Below, piece by piece: positions 1-9,250 of a stretch of 32,000 nucleotides of DNA. This DNA is from Sinorhizobium meliloti (GTDB taxonomy: Bacteria > Pseudomonadota > Alphaproteobacteria > Rhizobiales > Rhizobiaceae), in assembly GCF_017876815.1 (NCBI RefSeq), contig NZ_JAGIOS010000001.1, positions 1,800,001 to 1,832,000 on the forward strand, in the 5' to 3' direction. The notes beneath the pieces are model-generated. The model saw only the letters and a program-made list of their open reading frames with translations. It was not told the origin of the DNA and did not search any database. The translations under genes were made by a program, and so were the position numbers. The first letter of the stretch is position 1; the number at the start of each line of letters is the position of its first letter.

Positions 1-697
1 CGACGCGCGTGAGCGCCGGCCGGCGGGTGTCGCGGTGGTTGCCGTCGACGCGCCGGAGGTGACGGAGGCGGTAAAGCGGCTCCGCGAAGACGGCATTGCC
101 GTCGTTACGCTGGTCTCCGATCTGCCGGGGTCCGGTCGCGACCATTTCGCCGGCGTCGACAATGTCGCCGCGGGCCGCACCGCCGGCAGCCTGATGGGCC
201 GGTTCCTCGGCGGCGGCGAAGGGCCGGTCGCGGTGCTCGCCGGCTCCATGCTGGTACGCGACCATCGTGATCGGCTGGAGGGTTTCCAGGCTGTCATGAG
301 CGAGGATTTCGCCTGGCGCCGGATACTGCCGGTGATCGAGGGGCAGGACAATCCGTCTCTGGTCGAGACGCTCGTCGGCGCGCTTCTCGGGCAGCATCCC
401 GACCTCGCCGGCATCTACAGCCTCGGTGCCGGCAATCGCGGCCTTGTCGCCGCTCTCGAAAAGGCGGGCAAAGGAAGGGCCGTTTGCACGATCGCGCATG
501 AGTTGACGCCGCACAGCCGCGCCGGACTTCTTTCCGGCACGATCGACGCGCTGCTCAACCAGAATGCGGGCCATGAGGTCAGAAGCGCCATCCGGGTGCT
601 GAAAGCAAAGGCGGACGGGCTGCCGGTCATCGCGGCGCAGGAACGCATCCGCATCGATATTTTCCTGAAGGACAACCTGCCGCTCGAGCAGGAATAG
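1..697 (+). CDS. LacI/GalR-family transcriptional regulator, C-terminal effector-binding part (5' end lies upstream of the window)
   Basis: The frame is open from base 2 to TAG at 695-697. The translation (VDNVAAGRTAGSLMGRFLG, IAHELTPHSRAGLLSGTIDALLNQNAGHE) looks like the periplasmic-binding-protein-type sugar-binding domain of LacI repressors. The gene ends 9 bp before xylB, and an AGGAGGA RBS sits in that gap. Confidence 0.75.
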   Translation, partial: DARERRPAGVAVVAVDAPEVTEAVKRLREDGIAVVTLVSDLPGSGRDHFAGVDNVAAGRTAGSLMGRFLGGGEGPVAVLAGSMLVRDHRDRLEGFQAVMSEDFAWRRILPVIEGQDNPSLVETLVGALLGQHPDLAGIYSLGAGNRGLVAALEKAGKGRAVCTIAHELTPHSRAGLLSGTIDALLNQNAGHEVRSAIRVLKAKADGLPVIAAQERIRIDIFLKDNLPLEQE

Positions 698-706
698 GAG
701 GACACC

Positions 707-2161
707 ATGTATCTCGGACTGGATCTCGGCACGTCCGGCGTCAAGGCCATGCTGATGGACGGCGAGCAGCGGATCATCGGCTCCGCCAGCGGCGCGCTCG
801 ACGTCGACCGGCCGCATCCCGGCTGGTCGGAACAGGATCCGGCTGACTGGATCCGCGCCGCCGAGGAGGCGATCGCCCGGTTGAGGGAAACGCATGCGCA
901 AGCGCTTGCAGCGGTCCGCGGCATCGGCCTTTCCGGCCAGATGCACGGTGCGACATTGCTCGACGAAGGCGATGCGGTGCTGCGGCCATGCATATTGTGG
1001 AACGACACCCGCAGCTTCCGCGAGGCGGCGGCGCTCGACGGCGATCCGCAGTTTCGGGCGCTGACCGGCAACATCGTCTTTCCGGGCTTCACCGCACCGA
1101 AGCTCGCCTGGGTGCGTGAAAACGAGCCGGAGATCTTCGCCAGAGTTCGCTGGGTACTGCTCCCGAAGGATTACCTGCGCCTCTGGCTGACCGGCGAGCA
1201 TATGTCGGAGATGTCCGATTCGGCCGGCACGTCATGGCTCGATACGGGCAAGCGCAAATGGTCGGCGAGCCTGCTTGCCGCTACTCATCTCGAAGAACGG
1301 CAGATGCCGGACCTCGTCGAAGGCACCGATGCAGCCGGGACTTTGCGGCCGGAGCTCGCTGCGCGTTGGGGGATGGGACCTGGCGTCGTGGTCGCCGGCG
1401 GTGCGGGCGACAACGCAGCCTCGGCCTGCGGCATGGGAACGGTCGGGGAGGGGCAGGCCTTCGTCTCGCTCGGCACTTCCGGCGTGCTTTTCGCGGCCAA
1501 TGCAAGCTATCTCCCCAACCCGGAGAGCGCCGTCCACGCCTTCTGCCACGCGCTGCCCAACACCTGGCACCAGATGGGCGTGATCCTCTCGGCGACGGAC
1601 GCGCTGAACTGGCATTCCGGCGTCACCGGCCGGAGTGCCGCGGAACTCACCAGTGAACTCGGCGAGAGCCTCAAGGCGCCGGGCTCCGTGACGTTTCTTC
1701 CCTACCTCTCCGGCGAGCGCACGCCGCACAACGACGCGACGATCCGCGGCGTCTTTGCCGGCCTCGGGCACGAGAGTTCCCGGGCGGTGCTTACGCAGGC
1801 GGTGCTCGAAGGCGTTTCCTTCGCGATCCGCGACAGTCTCGAGGCACTGCGCGCGGCCGGCACGAAGCTCAAGCGGGTGACGGCGATCGGCGGCGGTTCG
1901 CGCTCGCGGTACTGGCTGAGCTCGATCGCGACCGCGCTGAACCTGCCGGTCGACCTGCCCGCGGACGGCGATTTCGGCGCTGCCTTCGGCGCGGCGCGGC
2001 TCGGCCTGATCGCCGCCACCGGAGCCGACCCGGCCGCGGTCTGCACCGCACCCGAGACGGCGGAAACGATCGCGCCCGAGGCATCGCTCGTGCCCGCCTA
2101 TGAAGATGCTTACCAACGCTATCGCCGGCTTTATCCGGCGATAAAGGAAGCGGCGCTGTGA
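707..2161 (+). CDS. xylB: xylulokinase (FGGY carbohydrate kinase)
   Basis: 484 aa. The N-terminus MYLGLDLGTSGVKA is the FGGY kinase phosphate-1 motif. The protein resembles XylB over its full length, lies directly upstream of xylA and is GC3-rich. Confidence 0.92.
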   Translation: MYLGLDLGTSGVKAMLMDGEQRIIGSASGALDVDRPHPGWSEQDPADWIRAAEEAIARLRETHAQALAAVRGIGLSGQMHGATLLDEGDAVLRPCILWNDTRSFREAAALDGDPQFRALTGNIVFPGFTAPKLAWVRENEPEIFARVRWVLLPKDYLRLWLTGEHMSEMSDSAGTSWLDTGKRKWSASLLAATHLEERQMPDLVEGTDAAGTLRPELAARWGMGPGVVVAGGAGDNAASACGMGTVGEGQAFVSLGTSGVLFAANASYLPNPESAVHAFCHALPNTWHQMGVILSATDALNWHSGVTGRSAAELTSELGESLKAPGSVTFLPYLSGERTPHNDATIRGVFAGLGHESSRAVLTQAVLEGVSFAIRDSLEALRAAGTKLKRVTAIGGGSRSRYWLSSIATALNLPVDLPADGDFGAAFGAARLGLIAATGADPAAVCTAPETAETIAPEASLVPAYEDAYQRYRRLYPAIKEAAL

Positions 2162-2255
2162 GCGGTTTCGGCGCATCCACCAACTGCCTTCCACCCGATA
2201 GCCGGCTCCGTCGCGAACGGTGCCGCCAATTCACAATCCATGAGAGGAGACTGTC

Positions 2256-3566
2256 GTGAGCACGGGATTTTTCGGCGATATCGCCAAGATCAAATATGAG
2301 GGACCGGAAAGCACCAATCCGCTCGCCTTCCGCCATTACAATCCGGACGACGTCGTCCTCGGCAAGCGGATGGAGGATCATCTGCGCTTCGCCGTCGCCT
2401 ACTGGCACACCTTCGTCTGGCCGGGCGGCGATCCCTTCGGCGGGCAGACCTTCGAACGCCCCTGGTTCAAGGATTCGATGGAAGCCGCCAAGCTGAAGGC
2501 GGATGTCGCCTTCGAATTCTTCCAGCTTCTCGGCGTACCCTACTACTGCTTCCACGACGCGGACGTGCGCCCGGAGGGGCGGAACTTCGCCGAGAACACG
2601 AGCAATCTCAACGCGATCGTCGATTATTTCGCCGGGAAGCAGGAAGAGACCGGCGTCAAGCTGCTGTGGGGCACGGCGAACCTCTTTTCAAACCGCCGCT
2701 TCATGGCGGGGGCTGCGACGAACCCGGACCCGGACGTCTTCGCCTTTGCCGCCGCGACGGTGAAGACCTGCATCGACGCGACGCAGCGGCTGGATGGCGA
2801 GAACTATGTGCTCTGGGGCGGACGCGAGGGCTATGAGACCCTGCTCAACACCGACCTGAAGCGCGAGCTCGATCAGCTCGGCCGCTTCCTCAACCTGGTC
2901 GTCGAATACAAGCACAGGATCGGCTTCAAGGGCACGATCCTGATCGAGCCGAAGCCGCAGGAGCCGACCAAGCACCAGTACGACTACGACGTCGCGACCG
3001 TCTATGGCTTCCTCAAGAGATACGGCCTCGAGAACGAGGTGAAGGTCAACATCGAGCAGGGCCACGCGATCCTTGCCGGACATTCCTTCGAGCACGAGCT
3101 GGCGCTCGCCAATGCGCTCGGCATCTTCGGTTCGATCGACATGAACCGCAACGACTACCAGTCCGGCTGGGACACCGACCAGTTCCCGAACAACGTGCCG
3201 GAAATGGCGCTCGCCTATTACCACGTGCTTGCGGGCGGCGGCTTCAAGACCGGCGGCACGAACTTCGACGCGAAGCTGCGCCGGCAGTCGATCGACCCCG
3301 AAGACCTGCTGATCGGCCATATCGGCGGCATGGATTGCTGCGCGCGCGGCCTCAAGGCGGCCGCGAAGATGATCGAGGACAAGGCGCTCTCCGCACCGCT
3401 CGAAGCGCGCTACGCCGGCTGGAACGTGCCGGAGGCGAAGAAGATGCTCGACGGCGGCTTCTCGCTCGAGGAGATCGAGGCCTGGGTGCTCAAGTCCGAC
3501 GTCAACCCGCAGCCGAAATCCGGCAGGCAGGAGCTTCTGGAAAACGTGGTGAACCGCTACGTCTGA
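2256..3566 (+). CDS. xylA: xylose isomerase
   Basis: 436 aa with a GTG start preceded by GAGAGGAGA. Class II XylA hallmarks are present (FCFHD-like [23 protein letters not shown], metal-binding FEHE...DxN). Confidence 0.96.
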   Translation: MSTGFFGDIAKIKYEGPESTNPLAFRHYNPDDVVLGKRMEDHLRFAVAYWHTFVWPGGDPFGGQTFERPWFKDSMEAAKLKADVAFEFFQLLGVPYYCFHDADVRPEGRNFAENTSNLNAIVDYFAGKQEETGVKLLWGTANLFSNRRFMAGAATNPDPDVFAFAAATVKTCIDATQRLDGENYVLWGGREGYETLLNTDLKRELDQLGRFLNLVVEYKHRIGFKGTILIEPKPQEPTKHQYDYDVATVYGFLKRYGLENEVKVNIEQGHAILAGHSFEHELALANALGIFGSIDMNRNDYQSGWDTDQFPNNVPEMALAYYHVLAGGGFKTGGTNFDAKLRRQSIDPEDLLIGHIGGMDCCARGLKAAAKMIEDKALSAPLEARYAGWNVPEAKKMLDGGFSLEEIEAWVLKSDVNPQPKSGRQELLENVVNRYV

Positions 3567-3642
3567 CGGGCGCGGGAAATCCTTTTTCACGAGGGGCGCG
3601 CAAGCCGATTGCCCCTCGCGAAGAATCTGCTAGCTTCTGGCT

Positions 3643-3658
3643 CCTGCAACGTTGCAGG
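3643..3658. promoter_or_regulatory. perfect 16-bp palindrome CCTGCAACGTTGCAGG, candidate LacI-family operator
   Basis: The palindrome was read directly from the sequence. Its core TGCAACGTTGCA fits the generic LacI/GalR operator pattern TGnAAnCGnTTnCA. It lies 100 bp upstream of the 3759 CDS. Confidence 0.4.
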
Positions 3659-3758
3659 TGTATCAGTCGCTGCGAATTCGCGGGCCGGAAGCACTGGAAG
3701 TCAACGGTCGGCCGCAGGGCCGGCACATCGGACACCGCTCCATCAGGGAGGAAGTTAT

Positions 3759-4811
3759 ATGAAGACGATCAAAGGACCGGGGCTGTTTCTTGCGCAATTC
3801 GCCGGCGATGCCGCACCCTTCAATTCTTGGGATTCGATCACCAAATGGGCAGCCGATTGCGGTTATAAGGGGGTGCAGGTCCCGAGCTGGGACGGCCGGC
3901 TCTTCGACCTGAAGAAGGCTGCGGAATCGAAGACCTATTGCGACGAGGTCGCCGGCAAGGCGCGCGACAACGGTGTCGAGATCACCGAGCTTTCGACCCA
4001 CCTCCAGGGCCAGCTCGTTGCGGCGCATCCCGCCTATGACGAGGCTTTCGACGGTTTCGCCGTTCCGCAAGTTCGCGGCAATCCCAGGGCGCGCCAGGAG
4101 TGGGCGGTCGAGCAGGTGAAGCTGGCGCTGACCGCCTCGAAGAACCTCGGCCTCGGTGCGATGGCAAGTTTTTCCGGCGCACTCGCCTGGCCCTTCGTCT
4201 ATCCGTGGCCGCAGCGCCCGGCGGGCCTGGTGGAGACCGCCTTCGACGAGCTCGCGCGGCGGTGGAAGCCGATCCTCGACCACGCCGAGGATTGCGGCGT
4301 CGACGTGTGCTACGAGATCCATCCGGGCGAGGACCTGCACGACGGCATCACCTATGAGATGTTCCTGGAGCGCACCGGCAACCATGCCCGCGCCTGCATG
4401 CTCTACGACCCGTCTCACTATGTGCTGCAGTGCCTCGACTATCTCGAGAATATCGACATCTACAAGGACCGCATCCGGATGTTCCACGTCAAGGACGCGG
4501 AGTTCAATCCCACCGGACGCCAGGGCGTCTATGGCGGCTATCAAAGCTGGGTGAACCGCGCCGGCCGCTTCCGCTCGCTCGGCGACGGTCAGGTGGATTT
4601 CGGGGCCGTCTTCTCGAAGATGGCCGCCAATGATTTTGCCGGCTGGGCCGTGGTCGAGTGGGAATGCTGCCTGAAACATCCGGAAGACGGCGCGCGCGAA
4701 GGCTCCGAGTTCGTGAAGGCGCATATCATCCGCGTCACCGAAAAGGCCTTCGACGATTTCGCCGACAGCGGCACCGACGAGGCGGCGAACCGGCGGATGC
4801 TGGGAATCTAA
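3759..4811 (+). CDS. sugar phosphate isomerase/epimerase family protein (xylose-isomerase-like TIM barrel)
   Basis: 350 aa starting at the ATG at 3759, which is preceded by GGGAGGA (3746-3752). The translation MKTIKGPGLFLAQFAG...CYEIHPGEDLHD...MFHVKDAEF is typical of the AP-endonuclease-2/TIM-barrel family. The 50 upstream codons of the track ORF (from 3609) are low-complexity and have no RBS. Confidence 0.85.
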   Translation: MKTIKGPGLFLAQFAGDAAPFNSWDSITKWAADCGYKGVQVPSWDGRLFDLKKAAESKTYCDEVAGKARDNGVEITELSTHLQGQLVAAHPAYDEAFDGFAVPQVRGNPRARQEWAVEQVKLALTASKNLGLGAMASFSGALAWPFVYPWPQRPAGLVETAFDELARRWKPILDHAEDCGVDVCYEIHPGEDLHDGITYEMFLERTGNHARACMLYDPSHYVLQCLDYLENIDIYKDRIRMFHVKDAEFNPTGRQGVYGGYQSWVNRAGRFRSLGDGQVDFGAVFSKMAANDFAGWAVVEWECCLKHPEDGAREGSEFVKAHIIRVTEKAFDDFADSGTDEAANRRMLGI

Positions 4812-4818
4812 GTGAAAA

Positions 4819-4975
4819 CCCCTCCCCAACCCCTCCCCACAAGGGGGAGGGGCTTACCCTGTGGCTTCCGCCGGCATTAATCACGACGTCGATAATTGCG
4901 AATCCGTCGAAACATGGATGGAGCGGCTCGGCACAAGTGAGCCCCTCCCCCTTGTGGGGAGGGGTTGGGGAGGGG
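4819..4975. repeat. RIME-like nested palindromic intergenic element (157 bp)
   Basis: The 35-nt arms at 4819-4853 (CCCCTCCCCAACCCCTCCCCACAAGGGGGAGGGGC) and 4941-4975 are exact reverse complements. Each arm also contains its own hairpin, CCCCTCCCC-ACAA-GGGGGAGGGG. Confidence 0.8.
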
Positions 4976-5018
4976 CAGTGACGGCAATTCACGCGAACTC
5001 TTCAGGAGAGAAAGAACG

Positions 5019-6203
5019 ATGGCTATCGAGGGAAGCAGTACGGAAACGCGTCAGAAGCGCATTCGGCTCGGCATGGTGGGCGGTGGATCGGGCGCCTTTA
5101 TCGGCGCGGTGCATCGGATCGCCGCCAGGCTCGACGATCACTACGAGCTTGTCGCCGGCGCGCTCTCGTCGACGCCGGAGAAGGCCGAGGCTTCGGGCCG
5201 CGAGCTCGGGCTCGATCCATCGCGTGTCTATTCGGATTTCAAGGAAATGGCGATCCGTGAGGCGAAGCTGAAGAACGGCATCGAGGCGGTGGCGATCGTC
5301 ACCCCTAACCATGTTCACTATGCTGCTGCCAAGGAATTCCTGAAGCGCGGCATCCACGTCATCTGCGACAAGCCGCTGACGTCGACGCTCGCCGACGCGA
5401 AGAAGCTCAAGAAGGCGGCCGACGAAAGCGATGCGCTCTTCGTGCTGACGCACAACTACACCGGCTATCCGATGGTGCGCCAGGCGCGCGAAATGATTGA
5501 GAATGGCGACATCGGCGCCGTCCGCCTCGTGCAGATGGAATATCCGCAGGACTGGCTGACCGAGAATATCGAGCAGTCCGGTCAGAAGCAGGCCGCCTGG
5601 CGCACCGACCCGGCGCGCTCCGGCGCCGGCGGCTCGACCGGCGACATCGGCACGCATGCCTATAATCTCGGCTGCTTCGTTTCCGGCCTCGAGCTCGAGG
5701 AGCTCGCCGCCGATCTCGACAGCTTCGTTGGCGGGCGGCAGCTCGACGACAATGCACATGTGCTGATGCGCTTCAGGGAAAAGGACGGAACGCGCGCCAA
5801 GGGCATGCTCTGGTGCAGCCAGGTGGCACCCGGCCACGAGAACGGCCTGATGGTGCGCGTCTACGGTACCAAGGGCGGTCTCGAATGGACGCAGAAGGAT
5901 CCGAATTACCTCTGGTACACGCCCTTCGGCGAGCCGAAGCGTCTGCTGACGCGCGCTGGCGCAGGAGCTTCGCCGGCGGCGGCACGCGTATCGCGCATTC
6001 CGTCCGGCCACCCCGAGGGCTACCTCGAAGGCTTCGCCAATATCTATTCGGAAGCGGCGCGGGCGATCTACGCCAAGCGCAACGGCGGGAAGGCGGATCC
6101 TTCTGTCATCTATCCGACGATAGACGATGGCATGAGGGGCATGACCTTCGTCGATGCCTGCGTGCGTTCCTCGGAACGCAACGGCGCCTGGATCAAGGTC
6201 TGA
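5019..6203 (+). CDS. Gfo/Idh/MocA-family NAD(P)-dependent oxidoreductase
   Basis: 394 aa starting at the ATG at 5019, preceded by AGGAGAG. It has an N-terminal Rossmann motif (RLGMVGGGSGAFIGAVHR) and a C-terminal alpha/beta domain typical of the family. Confidence 0.9.
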   Translation: MAIEGSSTETRQKRIRLGMVGGGSGAFIGAVHRIAARLDDHYELVAGALSSTPEKAEASGRELGLDPSRVYSDFKEMAIREAKLKNGIEAVAIVTPNHVHYAAAKEFLKRGIHVICDKPLTSTLADAKKLKKAADESDALFVLTHNYTGYPMVRQAREMIENGDIGAVRLVQMEYPQDWLTENIEQSGQKQAAWRTDPARSGAGGSTGDIGTHAYNLGCFVSGLELEELAADLDSFVGGRQLDDNAHVLMRFREKDGTRAKGMLWCSQVAPGHENGLMVRVYGTKGGLEWTQKDPNYLWYTPFGEPKRLLTRAGAGASPAAARVSRIPSGHPEGYLEGFANIYSEAARAIYAKRNGGKADPSVIYPTIDDGMRGMTFVDACVRSSERNGAWIKV

Positions 6204-6255
6204 GCCTTGCAAGCCGGAGCATTTCCGCGATTCGGTGAAAAGTGGAAATGTTCCA

Positions 6256-6300
6256 GAGCGGGATGTATTTACGTCGACCCGACCTAAAAACATCGTGATC
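6256..6300. repeat. 45-bp miniature inverted-repeat element related to the IS630 terminal repeats
   Basis: The left arm GAGCGGGATGTATTTACGT matches the left IR of the IS at 10863 at 16 of 19 positions. The right arm (reverse complement GATCACGATGTTTTTAGG) matches the left arm at 13 of 18 positions. The element is flanked by CA on the left and TA on the right. Confidence 0.55.
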
Positions 6301-6304
6301 TAGG

Positions 6305-6331
6305 GAAGGGCGGGAACACCTCGCCCTTTTT
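6305..6331 (+). terminator. Rho-independent terminator downstream of the oxidoreductase gene
   Basis: The stem is AAGGGCG / CGCCCTT with a 9-nt loop, followed by a T-run (CGCCCTTTTTC). Confidence 0.6.
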
Positions 6332-6459
6332 CATTGACATTTGCCACCGCGGCCTTAGGCCACGTCCTCAGACGAGGGCGAGACCTCCCATGGTCCGCCT
6401 TACCATTGAATCGAACGCAGCCATGCCTTCGGTCCGGCTGCGCAGACGATGAGGCCTGA

Positions 6460-7836
6460 ATGATGATCGAAGCCAAGAAACTCGCAGCGCGCTTTCCCGG
6501 CGACTTTGTCTTCGGCGTTGCAACCGCATCCTTCCAGATCGAGGGAGCCAGCAAGGCGGATGGTCGCAAAGCCTCCATCTGGGACGCCTTCTCCAATATG
6601 CCGGGGCGCGTTTACGGGCGCCACAACGGCGACGTCGCCTGCGACCATTACAACCGGCTGGAGCAGGACCTGGACCTCATCAAGAGCCTCGGCGTCGAGG
6701 CCTACCGCTTCTCGATCGCCTGGCCGCGGATCGTGCCGGAGGGCACGGGGCCGATCAACGAGAAGGGGCTCGACTTTTACGACCGCCTTGTCGACGGACT
6801 GAAGGCGCGCGGCATCAAGGCCTTTGCGACCCTCTATCACTGGGACCTGCCGCTGGCGCTGATGGGCGACGGCGGCTGGACGGCACGCACGACCGCCTAT
6901 GCATACCAGCGTTACGCCAAGACCGTGATCGCGCGTCTGGGGGATCGTCTCGACGCGGTCGCGACCTTCAACGAACCGTGGTGTTCCGTCTGGCTCGGCC
7001 ATCTCTACGGTGTCCATGCACCGGGCGAGCGCAACATGGATGCAGCACTTGCCGCACTGCACTTCACCAATCTCGCCCACGGGTTGGGGGTCGCGGCGAT
7101 CCGCTCGGAACGGCCGGAACTGCCGGTCGGCATCGTCATCAATGCCCATTCGGTCTATCCCGGCAGCAACAGCGCCGAGGACAAGGCCGCGGCGGAGCGC
7201 GCCTTCGATTTCCACAACGGCGTCTTCTTCGATCCGATCTTCAAGGGCGAGTATCCGGAGGATTTCCTCTCCGCGCTCGGCGAACGCATGCCGGCGATCG
7301 AGGACGGCGACATGGCAACGATCGCCCAGCCGCTCGATTGGTGGGGGCTCAACTATTATACGCCGATGCGGGTTTCGGCAGACCCCGCGAAAGGCGCCGA
7401 ATATCCGGCGACCGTCAATGCGAAACCTGTCAGCAACGTGAAGACCGATATTGGCTGGGAAGTCTATGCGCCGGCTTTGGGCAGCCTGGTGGAGACGCTC
7501 AATGCGCGCTACAGGCTCCCCGACTGCTACATCACCGAGAATGGCGCCTGTTACAACATGGGCGTCGAGAACGGTACCGTCGACGATCAGCCTCGGCTCG
7601 ACTACATCTCAGACCACCTCGCCGTCACCGCCGATCTCATCGCCAAGGGTTATCCGATGCGGGGCTATTTCGCCTGGAGCCTGATGGATAACTTCGAATG
7701 GGCCGAGGGCTACCGGATGCGCTTCGGCATCGTTCACGTCGATTACGAGACACAGGTCCGCACGATCAAGAAAAGCGGTCGCTGGTATAAGGACCTGGCG
7801 GAACGGTTTCCAAGCGGCAACCACAAGCCGGGATGA
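6460..7836 (+). CDS. GH1 beta-glucosidase
   Basis: 458 aa. The N-terminus FVFGVATASFQIEGA, the acid/base motif TFNEPW and the nucleophile motif YITENGA are the family-1 glycoside hydrolase signatures. Confidence 0.93.
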   Translation: MMIEAKKLAARFPGDFVFGVATASFQIEGASKADGRKASIWDAFSNMPGRVYGRHNGDVACDHYNRLEQDLDLIKSLGVEAYRFSIAWPRIVPEGTGPINEKGLDFYDRLVDGLKARGIKAFATLYHWDLPLALMGDGGWTARTTAYAYQRYAKTVIARLGDRLDAVATFNEPWCSVWLGHLYGVHAPGERNMDAALAALHFTNLAHGLGVAAIRSERPELPVGIVINAHSVYPGSNSAEDKAAAERAFDFHNGVFFDPIFKGEYPEDFLSALGERMPAIEDGDMATIAQPLDWWGLNYYTPMRVSADPAKGAEYPATVNAKPVSNVKTDIGWEVYAPALGSLVETLNARYRLPDCYITENGACYNMGVENGTVDDQPRLDYISDHLAVTADLIAKGYPMRGYFAWSLMDNFEWAEGYRMRFGIVHVDYETQVRTIKKSGRWYKDLAERFPSGNHKPG

Positions 7837-8173
7837 TGCCGGAGCGAGCGGACGGCGGTTCTGCACAAAAAGAGTAGACTTTTGCGTCGCGCCCTGGGGC
7901 TCCGGAAAAACGTACCTGTAAAAGGGCGCGCCCGCGCGCCATAAGAACCACATGCTCCTTGGCATGGCAGTCATGCCGAGGAGGCGTTGAACTGACCGGT
8001 TGGCCGATGATAGAGAGTTGCTCCACGTTTCGAATGCGTTGTCGAATGTCCGTCTGACGAGGCGACGTTTTTTCCGTGCCGGCCCTATTTAGCAAGGGAC
8101 CGGAGTTTCGAACATCCGAGAGCATCATGTATCCTCCTATCGTTTTGATCCCTCCTGCGGGGGCGACCGGACA

Positions 8174-9250
8174 ATGACCCTTCCTCGATCCGAGATATCG
8201 GCCGGTGATGCGGTCGTCTTCGACGCCGTGTCCAAGCGCTTTCCGGCCTCCGGCGGAAATACGGCCTTCACTGCGCTCGACAATGTCAGCCTGGCGGTCG
8301 CTCGCGGCTCGATCACCGGTATCATCGGTCGTTCCGGCGCCGGCAAATCGACACTGATCCGGCTGGTCAACGGCCTCGAAAAGCCTTCAAGCGGCAAGGT
8401 GTTCGTCGATGGCGTCGATGTGGGTGCGCTGGACGAGGCGGGCCTGCGCGATCTCCGCCGCTCCGTCGGCATGATCTTCCAGCATTTCAACCTGCTTTCC
8501 TCGCGCACCGTTTTCGGCAATGTCGCGCTGCCGCTCGAAATCGCCGGCATGGATCGGCGCGCGATCGAGCAGCGTGTGCGCCCGCTTCTCGAACTCGTCG
8601 GTCTTGCCGACAAGCACGGGCGCTACCCGGCGGAACTTTCCGGCGGCCAGAAGCAGCGCATCGGCATCGCCCGGGCGCTTGCGACCGAACCCAAGCTGTT
8701 GCTCTCGGACGAGGCGACCTCGGCGCTCGACCCGGAAACGACGCAGTCGATCCTGGAACTGCTGAGACGGATCAATGCGGAACTGGGCCTTACCGTTCTG
8801 CTCATCACCCACGAGATGGAAGTCGTGAAAGCGGTTACCTCCGACGTGGCGGTGATCGACAAGGGCGAGATCGTGGAGCGAGGGCACACTTTCGATGTCT
8901 TCACGCATTCCAGGCACGAGACGACGCGGGCGCTCCTTTCCGGTCTGGCGGGTTCGAAACTGCCGGAAGCCGTTGCCAGAGGCCTGAAGCCGGCGGCAGC
9001 AAGCGGCGATCGCGTCGTGGTGCGCCTCACCTTCTTCGGGGCAGCGGCGGAGCGCCCGCTGATCTCGCAGCTCATCCAGTCCGTCGGCGCCGAGGTCAAC
9101 ATCATCGCCGGCACGATCGACGAGATCGGCGGCAAGCCCTATGGCTCGCTCGTCGTCGCCTATGGCGCCGATGCCGAAACCTCGGGCAAGGCGGAGCGCT
9201 TCTTCACCGAGAACGGACTGGTCACGGAGGTGCTCGGCTATGTCGCCTGA
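8174..9250 (+). CDS. metN: methionine ABC transporter ATP-binding protein
   Basis: 358 aa. It has Walker A (GRSGAGKST), the ABC signature (LSGGQKQR), Walker B ([12 protein letters not shown]) and a C-terminal NIL-type domain. It is followed by metI and metQ. Confidence 0.9.
   Translation: MTLPRSEISAGDAVVFDAVSKRFPASGGNTAFTALDNVSLAVARGSITGIIGRSGAGKSTLIRLVNGLEKPSSGKVFVDGVDVGALDEAGLRDLRRSVGMIFQHFNLLSSRTVFGNVALPLEIAGMDRRAIEQRVRPLLELVGLADKHGRYPAELSGGQKQRIGIARALATEPKLLLSDEATSALDPETTQSILELLRRINAELGLTVLLITHEMEVVKAVTSDVAVIDKGEIVERGHTFDVFTHSRHETTRALLSGLAGSKLPEAVARGLKPAAASGDRVVVRLTFFGAAAERPLISQLIQSVGAEVNIIAGTIDEIGGKPYGSLVVAYGADAETSGKAERFFTENGLVTEVLGYVA

Noticed and set aside
3609-3758. An upstream start for the TIM-barrel gene, which would add 50 codons.
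   Set aside because: The region has no RBS, contains the palindromic operator-like site and a hairpin, and would add a low-complexity peptide. The ATG at 3759 has a strong GGGAGGA RBS.
7924-7940. The GC palindrome GGCGCG-CCCG-CGCGCC after the beta-glucosidase gene as its terminator.
   Set aside because: It has no downstream T-run on the plus strand. The T-run is on the opposite strand, where there is no gene to terminate.
8049-8074. A hairpin plus a T6 run in the metN leader as a transcription attenuator.
   Set aside because: Only about 4 bp (CGTC/GACG) can pair, which is too weak for an intrinsic terminator.
7837-8173. A SAM-II (metA-type) riboswitch upstream of metN.
   Set aside because: I could not find the characteristic conserved strands (for example no AAAGC element or matching GCUU loop). 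Only a covariance-model scan could settle this.
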